Source: Klebsormidium nitens
Taxonomy: Eukaryota; Plantae; Klebsormidiophyceae
Direction: 5' to 3'
Assembly: GCA_000708835.1 (NCBI GenBank)
Contig: DF237206.1
Coordinates: 58,597 to 122,596, forward strand
Length of the DNA stretch: 64,000 bases
Shown piece by piece: positions 25,979-36,800 of the stretch; the stretch's first letter is position 1, and each line of letters opens with the position of its first letter. Under the pieces are notes generated by a model. It worked only from the letters and a program-made list of their open reading frames with translations. It had not been told where the DNA came from and made no database searches. The position numbers were made by a program, and so were the translations under genes.

Positions 25979-26511
25979 GTTCTAGACAGCAAAAAACCCC
26001 TGCGACTACAGTAGTACCCTACCGCCAGCTCTCCAAACCTAAACTACCTACCTACAGCTAGTTCCGAGCAACCTGCTAGATTTAGTGAAAATATTAGTGT
26101 AACTTAGTCAGTCTGTTTGTGAGTGAAATTAGTCTAAATTAGATGACACTAAAACTAGCAGGTTGCTCGGGAGAAGCTGTAGCACAAAGAACTGCACCGA
26201 AAGCAAAATACATTGCATCGCAGCTGAGTGCTGCAGGCGGCTGCCCCATGCCACTGCTGCCACTGGCGCAAGTACGACGAAGCATTCTCCTTTTGTTAGT
26301 GTCTCAGACTTCAAAAAGTGTGAAAACATTTCACACGCGGGATCATAGGCTCTCAAGGTGTCCGCGTGGAATAGAATGTCAGATCAGGTCCTTCGATCAA
26401 AATAAACTTTGTCAGAGTTGTCAGCTCTTACCGTACACTATGCGGTACAGACGGGGACCGGGTCAGAGAAAGTGGCTACATACACTAAACCAAAAGGACT
26501 CTGCCCGGTTG

Positions 26512-26817
26512 TCACTGTCAGCGAGGAACCCTAATGGCACTGGGAAATGACGTAACCCTAACAAAACGCTAGTCGATTGCCACGAACCCTCACAGGTTTG
26601 CAACGTAACCCTGTCACAGAGAAGCCCCGGTCGCTGTCAGCGTCACTGTCAGCGTCACTGTCACTGTCCTAACCACAGCCAGTAACCACTGTCAGAGTCA
26701 CGACTTTGATGACTTCAGGTGTTTGCGTGTGCTTTACACCTATTTGGCGGGGCGGAGACACTACAAAAGGAGAACGCTTTGATACGGTAGTTTTGCGCCA
26801 CGCGCATTGAGCGCTGT
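26512..26817. repeat. Cluster of CTGTCA motifs including the short tandem array ctgtcagcgtcactgtcagcgtcactgtcactgtc
   Basis: Read directly at approx. 26512, 26609, 26632-26668, 26687 and 26811, in the divergent SET/F-box intergenic region. Confidence 0.6.
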
Positions 26818-27346
26818 CATACCTACTTGAGATCCAAGTTGAAGCCTGTGGGTAGGTATGAGGTAGGTAAACTTCTACGGCTATTTTGAGCCTGAAGGAG
26901 AGCTTGCCTGTGATCGACGGCTAGTGAGTGACCCCAATCTGAGCCATGTGAAGATCGTACGCTACGTCGCGAGGCAGTCTTCGCGCCAATTTCCAATAGT
27001 TTGAAAATAGCGCCCTACACTTCTAAGTTCTGACGCTGAGCACTGCACAGTGTCACAGTGCAGCCTGCAGAAACCTGTATCATCAGTATAGGACTATGAT
27101 CAGCTGCCTTTGTGCCTTGCAAATAGGTACCGTAGGTAGCCACCATTAAACTCTGCATAAGCTTCTAGGTAGGTATCTGAAATCCATCCAATCTTATTTA
27201 GGTGGTGAACACTGAAATCCTGACCGAAGCGCGTGCAGGCGACTTCAGATACGAAGCAGTCCTAGCTGCTAAATCCAGCTTAAGGCTTTGCACCTTCAAA
27301 TCAGGGAACTGCCAGAGTGTGCATGTTGCCTTGTGAGGTTGGAAAA

Positions 27347-29095
27347 ATGGATTTTGACAGGATGAATCATTCTGCGACAGCGTTTGACAGCCTGCCCCAA
27401 GAGATTGTTGCATACATACTGCAAAAGGTTCCTCCGGTCCGGGGTACCGCTGAGATCATGGTTGATCATCTTCGGGGATCAAAGGGCCTAGCACAATCAT
27501 CAATGGCTGTTCTTGCACGCATCTCCACGGTCAACAAACAATGGAGAAGGCTTTGTAGCAACCCAGAATTGTACAAGTACGTCTCTGATTGAGTGCAAAG
27601 CAGTGCCATTTTGAGGGTGCTTGTGACCATAGCCAACCATACATGAGTGTAGTGATGCTTCTGATGTACTAAGAACCTCTCATATTCTATGCAACTGTGG
27701 ACCAACAAATTTGGTTCTTGGACCTGGCCTGTACTGCGTGCTGATTTGCAGGAGAAAACAGGGGATTTTCAGGGTTCTCCTATGCTTGACTGATTCAATC
27801 AGAACAGGACGCATTGTGCTTGTCTCTCAGTGATAGGTTTGGCGTTTGATTTGGGCACGTTCAAGCAGGTTCAGCAGAGATCACAAGCTTCATGATGAGC
27901 AGATCTATCGGGCAAGCATTGAACGAGACCTCTTCTTCTCTTTGCAGGCATGTAAAGATCTATGGCCTGCTTCCTGCTGGCGCCCTCCAATGGTTGGCAC
28001 CTCGAGCCGGCAAGATAGAGAGTTTGAGCTTCTCTAACCTGGTGGCTGCAGTTGGCTGCGCTCAGCCTCCGCTTCATGTCGGCAGCTTCGGCCCTGACCC
28101 AAGATTCCCAAAGCCTGCTCAGTTTCGGCACCTCTTTGCTCCAGACCCTGCCGCTTACATGAGGGGACTTGAAGCAGTGTTGCAGGCCTGCACACACAGC
28201 CTAAATTCCATCCTGCTCTCTGCTGTTAGCTCGGTTTTCTCCCAAGGCATCCTTGGCATGTTTGCAAGGCACAGCCCAAACCTGAAATGCATCAAGTTGG
28301 AGGAGAACCAATTTGCTGGGGCGCACGGGGGCTTGTGTCAGATTGCTGCCGGGTGCCCTCTCGTTGAAAGGTTCTCCATCAGCGAGATGGAGTACAACAT
28401 GGAGGACGAGAACTCCTCCCTGAATGACAACACGATGGGGGAGCTTGTCTTCCACTGGCGCAACCTGAGGCACTTCTCAGTTGACCGCAACGCAATCACA
28501 CTCCAAGGCTTGTGCCTGCTTAGGCACTGCGAGAACTTGCAGACTCTCTACATCGGGTATCTCCGTGATTGCGGGGACCAATTCTTCGAGAGGTTCCCTG
28601 CTCCAGACAGCATGATCCTCAGCCGGTCAGTCAAGGTAGGAATCCGTCAGCAACTTCGGCTGTTCGTGACCATTGCTGCTATCAACAGTGGCCACCATAC
28701 GAAAACAAGCTGCCTTAGTCAGGCCATAGTTCTGATTGCCTTGTTCAAGTTTCTACAAGTATACAAGCGCTGGTGCTAGCTGACTGATTGCCAGTGCTTG
28801 CTTCTATCGGACACATCAACTCACATGTCTGATCTCTTCTCCACTCTAGGATATTGTGATTGATGTGCCAGCAATCACCGTCAGTGGAACCATACGCCCA
28901 CTTGTGCTCTTGTGCCCCAACGTCGAGGATATTGATATCGTACACGAAGAGTGGAGCTGGGATGACGACGAGGGCGTTTTGGACAATCACGAAGACTTAG
29001 CAGTCCTCCAGCAAGAGTACCCAAAGATTGTCTTCAAACGTTTTGGGGAGCCTTTCAATATTGTGGCGGAGAGGATTCAAGATGATTGTGATTGA
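27347..29095 (+). CDS. F-box / leucine-rich-repeat protein
   Basis: Exons 27347-27576, 27948-28635, 28850-29095, phases consistent. F-box-like FDSLPQEIVAYILQKV...RISTVNKQWRRLC..PELY, followed by LRR-like units (PNLKCIKL, CPLVERFSI, RNLRHFSV, CENLQTLYI, CPNVEDIDI). Confidence 0.82.
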
Positions 29096-29700
29096 TCCTT
29101 ATTACTTTAAGTTTGTCTCACCAGAGACGAAAAGAGGCGTAGATTTGTGGACACCACGAGTGCGTTGAGAGCAGTACTTGAAGATGCCAGTTGTAATCAA
29201 CTCAAGCTTGATGCTGGTGCTAGCCGTTTTCACAAACGATGAACCCCGTTTAACAGGGCTGCGATACAAACCTGCACATTCTTGACAAACTGGTAAATGA
29301 AATTATTCTTGCCTCCTTGATCCCTTTATGTTGCCCTCCTTCAGCTAGCCACGCGCTTCTGACCTTTTGAGGCTGATTGACCTCATCTATTCGATGGTAC
29401 TTGCTAGGCCAGGGCACTAAATGTACAATGGTAATTTACTTTGAACATGACAACCGTCGAACTGCGTGTATATCAACTCAATCAGGCTGGCTTTGCACGA
29501 CACGTGTTGCTTATTATATAGCAAGAGCACGCAGCGGAAAAAGTCAACCTCGATCAAATCTACGTATACTATTAAAGGCACAGGATCATTACTGTAAGTC
29601 TGCGTCATGACATGACTCAGATACGGTCGTCACAGCCGCCCGTAATATCTGTTTCCAATTCGATTCCCGGCCCGGGATTCAAAAAAAAAAAGCCATACAT

Positions 29701-30171
29701 ATGCAGTGTGCGGAAAACGACGCATGCGATCACTTCATGACCGACATCCAGAACCCCCTCCTTGAGGCGGGCTTCGCTCGTCGCACAATCAAAGAGGTGG
29801 TCCAGCGCTATCGCCTGTTCACGAAGCGCGGCTACCCCAAACGCAGATGGGGGATGTGCTTTGGCTCGATGGAAGACGCCAACGCGACATGGGCGGAATA
29901 TCAGGGTCTCCGGGCGGACCTGCTCGAAAGGTGCATCATCATCGAGAAGTGCAACCCCAAGAAGGCTGGCCCGGCCCCGGCGCCGGTGATCAACGTGGTT
30001 GAGCACGTGAACACGGCCACAGAAAATACCCGAGCTATTGCGGAGGCTGCGGCGGCAGAGTTGGCGGCGCGCGCGGAGAACGCGCCCGGTCAGATGAACC
30101 AGATGGACCTCATGCAGGACATTGCGGCGCTCGTCTACCAGCGCTTCCTGAAGAGGAAGAACCCGGAGTAG
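29701..30171 (+). CDS. Intronless orphan ORF (156 aa, or 144 aa from the Met at 29737)
   Basis: GC-rich, GC3-biased stretch standing out from lower-GC flanks; no stop over 471 nt; no family recognised. Confidence 0.6.
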   Translation: MQCAENDACDHFMTDIQNPLLEAGFARRTIKEVVQRYRLFTKRGYPKRRWGMCFGSMEDANATWAEYQGLRADLLERCIIIEKCNPKKAGPAPAPVINVVEHVNTATENTRAIAEAAAAELAARAENAPGQMNQMDLMQDIAALVYQRFLKRKNPE

Positions 30172-30890
30172 GCTCGATAGAGTCTACTAGATTAGTTCAG
30201 ACCGGCCATTTCCTCTAGTGTGATGCACCGGAGAAACCACCCCGCCGTAGTCATTTGCATAGCTTGTAGGTCATACACATACATTAAATCCCGCATGCAT
30301 GATCGAGTTCGTAGATTTGAGATTGGATTGAGAGTGATTTGCATGCCATCTAGCTAGTAGGACATTGGACATGACTTGCAGCCGTAGCAAGCTGCAGAGT
30401 CAACTCATTATACCGTCCCGGTCTCACCGGCAGACTTTGCCCGATGGCTCTATGTGGCTCAGGGCGTTAATAAACCGTAAGTCACCATCACACATGCACG
30501 TACGGCCCTTCAAAAGACGCGCGGCCCGGGCTTAGGTGCCCACGAGCGCCAGTTCTAGGGCTTTCACTGCCAGCTAGGCTGCTTGCAGATCATTACATAA
30601 GCAGCAGCGGGGTGCCAGCTGATCGAAGCGCTCGAGATTCGGTACGTGACCGGCCATGCACACTATCGCGCACCATGGCACATGCATGAATTGATCTTTG
30701 ACCAGGTGAGTCCAATGTCTGCCATAAAGATACATGGGATGCAAGCTTCGCTGATACTTATGCATTGAACCAATCTCACATGCGGCCAGATTATATGCAC
30801 GGGTTATACAAAAGTTGCTAGCATTCCGTGCCAATCGCAGCTCTTGTGACTTTGTTCGTTTCCGATCGACTCTAACTTTTGGCCCTCCAA

Positions 30891-33800
30891 TTACAAGTAC
30901 GTCTCCATGTTAGACAGCCCCTCCCGCACCAGTTGTCGCAACTTCGGCAACGTCCGAATCTTCTTAGCAATCTCGGGGTCGATACCAATTCTCGCAGCGG
31001 CCTCCATCACTTCCGGCCTGGGCGGCAGCTCCTGGTCGTCGTCAGGGCCGTACTCGAGAATCAGTCTCTCCGTCTCCTCCATCACCTTCTTCTTATACCA
31101 GTACGGAACCTCTTTCACGACGAACTCGTTTTGGTCCGCCCACGTGTCACTCTTTGAAGTGGGCCGCGTTTCGGACACGATCATCTGGACCAGGCGGTCC
31201 GAATCGGACGGCTCGGGGGGCGGGGAGAGGTCCACAACCCCCTCTTTCTCGAGCTGGGTTAGCCACTTGGGTTTTGGGACGGGTTTGGGGCCGGGGGCGG
31301 AGGGCAGGGCCTGCACACATACAAGGATCACGTTTCCTTTTTCGTTGTCAACAACTTACAAAATTGAACTTTGTCTAGATCTCAGATACTTCCGACGAAC
31401 TCGTTCGGTCCGTTGGTATTCGAGAGGCTTAGGGTCATAAAAATACTGATACTTGTCTGATAAAGTACCAAAACCATGAAGTCGACTTCTTTTGAAGAAA
31501 TCAAGATCGAAACTCGCCACAACAGGTTTGCTCGACGGCTTTCTGCTCTTCTACCACGACTGCCTTAATTTCGTGCTTTCGAACCGAATTGAGGCTGAAC
31601 AGCGTGAATTTTGCTTTAAGGACGGTGAACCTAGGAAGTTCTCTGAGAGTTTCGTTTGCGGCCGAAAACAAGCCGTACACGAGACGTAATACTTGTAGCT
31701 ACATATTTGTAAAGATCCATCAGAGAGAGGTGGCAAGGTTCCGGTATGTAGCGGGGCCGAACCGCAACGATCTGCGACGCTGTCGTTTCCATAAGCAACC
31801 GGGACGATGTCAAGAGACTCACCGGTTTGGCCAGACTGTCGAGCAGCAGGTCTCTCATCACCTGTCGCGGCGCTGCACAAGGAATAAGAGAATGTAAGCG
31901 ACAGCTCATGGACTAGAACCAAGCTTTAACATAAGTGCTCCAAAACTCAACGACAACCGAAGGGTTCTTACAGGACGCCCCCTTTCACTCTACCCACCTC
32001 TCCCAGACGTCGATGATCAGACCCACCTGGAAAGTGCATTCGGTGACTGTTTGCGCCAAACATTTTACCGGACCTTTTGAAGAACTGCATTCACGAAGAC
32101 ACTCCTCTTTCGACCTCGAATCAAATGTGACCCCTACTCTGGACAATGCGGACTAGTTTGCCGCCTGGCTAGGCGTCCCTTCTTCTTTTGATCCCCAAGC
32201 ATTGCAATCTCCGGTCCGGTTTCAAATCAACGCCCAAAACTCAATGGCTCATCAGTCTAGGAGCGGTAAGCTTTGAGAAGAGGAAGCTCGAGAATCGAAA
32301 GTAAAAATGGTAAGCCATGTTGTCGCCTGGTCCGCACCTGTTCCCCCGCTTCAGTCCCATACTATGGCAAAATCACCCGTCCAAGGCCGGCAATATTACC
32401 AATTCCGACCGGTTCCTCTTACGAAATGAAGACGTCTCTTATCATCACTTGACTAATCCACCTGTAATCATCGGAGTGTTTCAAGTTCAACATTCCAGAT
32501 TACATGTCATTTATAAGAGAAGCAATGATTATTTCACCTGGTCCTCCCGTAAACAGCTCAAACTGGTCCGCCGCCTGACCCACAAACATCTCCACCCCGG
32601 AAACCGGCGTCGCGCCCTCTGCGCGCGCGTCTTTCAGGAGCTGCGTTTCCATGGGCGTGTAAACCGCGTCGAAAACCGCCTTATATCCCCCGAGCGCCGC
32701 CCGGGGCACCGGGGTTTCGGACACGTTGGGCTGCATGCCTACGGACGTCGTGTTGGCCAGGACGTCCGCCGCGCGGACGGAGCTAGACTGGAGGGACGCC
32801 CACGGGACGAAATGGGCGCCCGCGGCAAAAGCGAGCTCCTCCGCTTTCGCTGCAGAAAGACATGGCGTTTTGACGATTTTGAACATTCCTTTGGAAGGAA
32901 AGGAGATCGTCCGGAAAGGAGGAACTAAACTGGAGGGACGCCGGACGACCTGGGCGCCCGCGGCGAGAATAAGATCCTCGGCTATGGCTGCACAATCATT
33001 TTCAATTCGTGAACCTTCAAAATTAGGCCTTTCGAATTTGCGGGGGCACAAGGCCATGAAAATATCGTGCAAAGCTGACAAACCAACCAATGGGCAAGCA
33101 AAATCCATGAATTCAACCAAGACAGCCGTATGCTTGGCTCCCGTTCGCCTACTCCACTCCGCTAAACAAGAGCGTCGGCGACATGAGACGAGCGCTCGAC
33201 TATTTTGCCCTCCATACCAGTTCTACTGCCTACTGGATCTGAACAAGAGCATCCGGAGAAGGACTGCCTGGTTAGACTACAATATAGACGTTGCAAACCT
33301 TACGAAGGTGGCGGCGCTGATTCTGAACCCCGGTTGCTTCTTTTGACCAATTCCAAAAAGGAGTACATAACTATTTGTCAGACTGCTCATAAGAGAATGC
33401 AGCGCACTGCTAAAGGGGACTTCAATCCGCTACAGCCTGCTAGAAGGAGAGCTATTGACACCAGAGCCCAAATTCTGAGCTTGTAAAGTGAGACCTTTTC
33501 AAATTCAAGGCTGGTCATTCGCGACCTCTGAACACACAATTTGGACTTTTCATTTTTCCAACATGGAAAGTAACAAACCAGATGATATTTTAGAACGTTC
33601 CTCTTTCCATAACAGGCAGTAACATGGCTGTGTCAGCTCACCGTCCGTTCTGTTCGCAATCATCACCTCCGCCCCTTTGTCCTTGGCTCCAAACGCGAGC
33701 GCGCGCCCTGCACCCCCCGCGCCCACGACCAGAACCTTCAAACCCCGCAGCGGGTCCTCCTTATTGCTGACGTCTGCACAAGAATCGGTTTTCTTGTTGA

Positions 33801-36800
33801 AAAGCGAACAGAGAAGATAGACAGGTGTCTCGTTGCTGATATGGAAGTCATCCAAATGCCGACTTGCCGACTTGCCAACTTTTACTTGAGTCTTCCAAGT
33901 CTTTGCGGAAGACGCATACACGGTTTGACATAGGGACGCGTTGAGGGTCAGAGACGAAACGCAGATGTTTTGCAGTATCGGAAAGTGCTCAAAAGGTGCT
34001 CAAAAGGTTAAAAGATTGGAGGAGGCAAAAGCTCCACCAGAATATGGGCGCCGTCAAAGCCCCAAGTAGGAGAGCAACAATGATGTAGGACAGAGCTCCG
34101 ATAGGATTTGCGAACCAACAAGGCGGATTGCTGACCTGAGCGTGACCTCAGCCCCTCCTCGATCGCTTTGATCGCTGCCGAGCAATCCGTGTTGTAAGCC
34201 GCCAGCGTCCCGTCCTTTTGCCGGACGAGCGTGTTGGCCGCTCCGATGGTCTGCACAAAAGTGAGCGGTGGTATCAAACTCAACAGCGCGCTACGCAACA
34301 GGACGTAACCGAAACGAGGAAGAACGTTTTACTTTCACGGGAATGGTTGATTCCCCAGAGAGGACTTTCAAGACCCGCAACCGATCCAAAAGCGAGAAAA
34401 CACCTTGTAAAGGAATCTGGTTAACCCTGCTCGTGCCAATCGTGAACGCGGAACTTCGACTGTTTTCTTCTCAGTCTTCAAGTTCACTTCTTGTTGAAAC
34501 TTTAGCCTGGTTTGAATCAAGCTTTGACATCACAGAGTCAATTTAAATCTGCCCGGTAACTGGTTGACAACGATCGCAAGTAACGCCGCTCATTTATGAC
34601 AGCCCGTGTGGAGCAAACGCAAACGGATTGATTATTAACGGGTTAGCGTGCGAGGAACAACACAGGATTTTCTGAACCCTGACAACTCTTGAGAACAGTG
34701 CTGACCTCAGCAAGGGGGTCCCTGACGTCAGCCGCCTCGAGCGCCGCCTGCTTGTGGGGGATGGTGACGCTAAACCCTGCGAAGTCGGGCGCCGCAAAGT
34801 CCGCCAGGAACGTCCGCATGTCGTCAACTAGGTATGAGACGTAAACGGCGTCGACGCCCGCCAGCTGGAACGCGGCGTTGTGGACGAGGGGGCCCTTGCT
34901 CTGGGCGACCGGGTTGCCCACCACTCCGAAAACCTGGCGCAGGGGGAAAAATCGGCGGGCTGTTTTTAGGGGGGGGAGGGAGGGGGGGATGAATTCTGCC
35001 CATGCACCTTTTGGAAATTCTTCACAAGGTGGGGGGTAAAGGTGGACGGGCTGCTGAGGGAGGGGAAACGGTGGGCTTGCCTGTCGCTCGGTTGATACGC
35101 GGGGAGGGAAGAGACAAAACGAGTAGCTAGAAACGAAGGGGACGGGACGGGCACTTTCAGCAAAGCCGTCAGACGATACTGAAGAAAGGTGCATGATTAC
35201 GTTTCAATTTCAGCTTCAGATTCGAATCGACGAAATCTGCGGCCAATCTTTTTCAATCAAACACGGACATGAACATCGCACCATTCCGGAATGTCTGTCA
35301 AGTATGTAGCTTCTCAACCAAACCAAGCGTCCTTGTTCGTCCGTGAAGATTGTAAACGGGCTATGCTTTATTTGTTGAGATCTGGCTCTCGGACAAACGT
35401 CCACGTCAGCATGGTAATGCTGTCCGCCTGTTTTCTGAGTGACTGGCCAGAGCGAGGGCTACCCCCGACACCGTTCCTCACGTAAAGGCCTGCAAGATGA
35501 ATGACCCACAACTTCTTGCCGGCATTCTTGCGCCAACTTTCGCCCTCTGAACGCCAGCGAATAGCACCCCGTATGCAGAGACGTCCTCAGACAACTCGCT
35601 ACCCCCTTCCCTTGTCAACACAATTTGCGCTAAAAGCAGCGCTCAGTGGAAAATCCCCGGGCGACGACCCACCTTAGTCTCCTTGCTCTGCTGGTCTAAG
35701 TGGTAGGTCTGCGTGAGGTCGGTGATTGTGGGCTGGCCCGGGGCAGACTCGAGCCCCGCTGCCAGCGTTCCAAACGTCAGGAAGGCGCCGAACTTGGGCG
35801 CGAGCACGCGGCTGAGAAGACCTTTCGGGCCCATCGCGAGAGCAATCGTCAGGACCTGTTGGAGAAAAGATTTGGGAGTCGTTGAATTGCAATTTACAGA
35901 GCACCAAGAAATACGGCTTTGGAGGCCCTTCGGGCATATTAAATCGGAGAGAGAATCTGAGGGGTCGATATGCACAATCTTCAATCTTACAAACAGGGGA
36001 GCAACGTCGGGAAGAGCCGCGGCTCAGGAGGCCTTCCGGCCCAATGCAAGAGCAATCGTCGGCACCTGAACGAGAAAAGCCCGAGGTGTCAGGACATCAA
36101 TCCGTTCCAAATCTTGCAGGAAATGCAGGTGAACGTTGAGAAGAGGCTGCAGGAGATAGATCTGTCGCCCTGCCCAGCTCATAAGAGCAAAAGAGTGGGC
36201 CCCTTACCTGGGCTTCCTTCAGTATTTGGAACAGCTTGATGTTGTCCCCAATATCCGTGGCCGTCGTGGCAATCTTGACGACATCCGCGCCCAGTTCCAT
36301 CATCTTTCGGACGATCTCCCGCAGCTCGGACAGGTCCGGCGTCCGCTTGTAGTTGTGTGACGAGATGATGATCTTCGTTCGGCTGTTGGGGGGCGCCCCC
36401 GCCAAAAGCGCAGCGGCTGGCTGCAAAGATAGAGAGCGACTTTATGAAACTGAAATTGTAACAAGACGCCGGCGTCAGATTGCTAAACGTTGAAATTGTC
36501 CAAAACGGGGCTGCAAAACTGCAAGTTTCTCCCTCAACATGAGAGTCACAAAAAACGGCTGAATGTGCGGAAACATTGGGCGGACGCTGATGCAGCGGCA
36601 GCCTGTGGGAAAAAAGAGCGACTTCAAAGAGGGCCTCCTGTTACCGGTAACGTTTAGACAACCAGATGCCACAGAGATGGGCGAACTGGCTGCTGAGGCC
36701 AGATTTCAAGATGCGAGAGAGTCCGTCCGATGAGAATTTCCCTCAGGATGCAGATGCCACTAGCGCGCTTCGATTTCTGACGCCCTCTTTAAGAACTGAA

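Noticed and set aside
28655-28890. Possible junction copy in the F-box intron (gctatcaacagtggccaccatacg vs gcaatcaccgtcagtggaaccatacg)
   Set aside because: Too short and gapped to distinguish from chance; not counted.
29660-29690. Complete tRNA gene or Rho-independent terminator
   Set aside because: Only a T-loop/3' fragment is present with no cloverleaf; the hairpin is followed by A, not T, and the context is eukaryotic.
34968-34988. G-quadruplex-like G tract
   Set aside because: On the transcribed strand it is the C-rich pyrimidine tract upstream of an acceptor; no further evidence.
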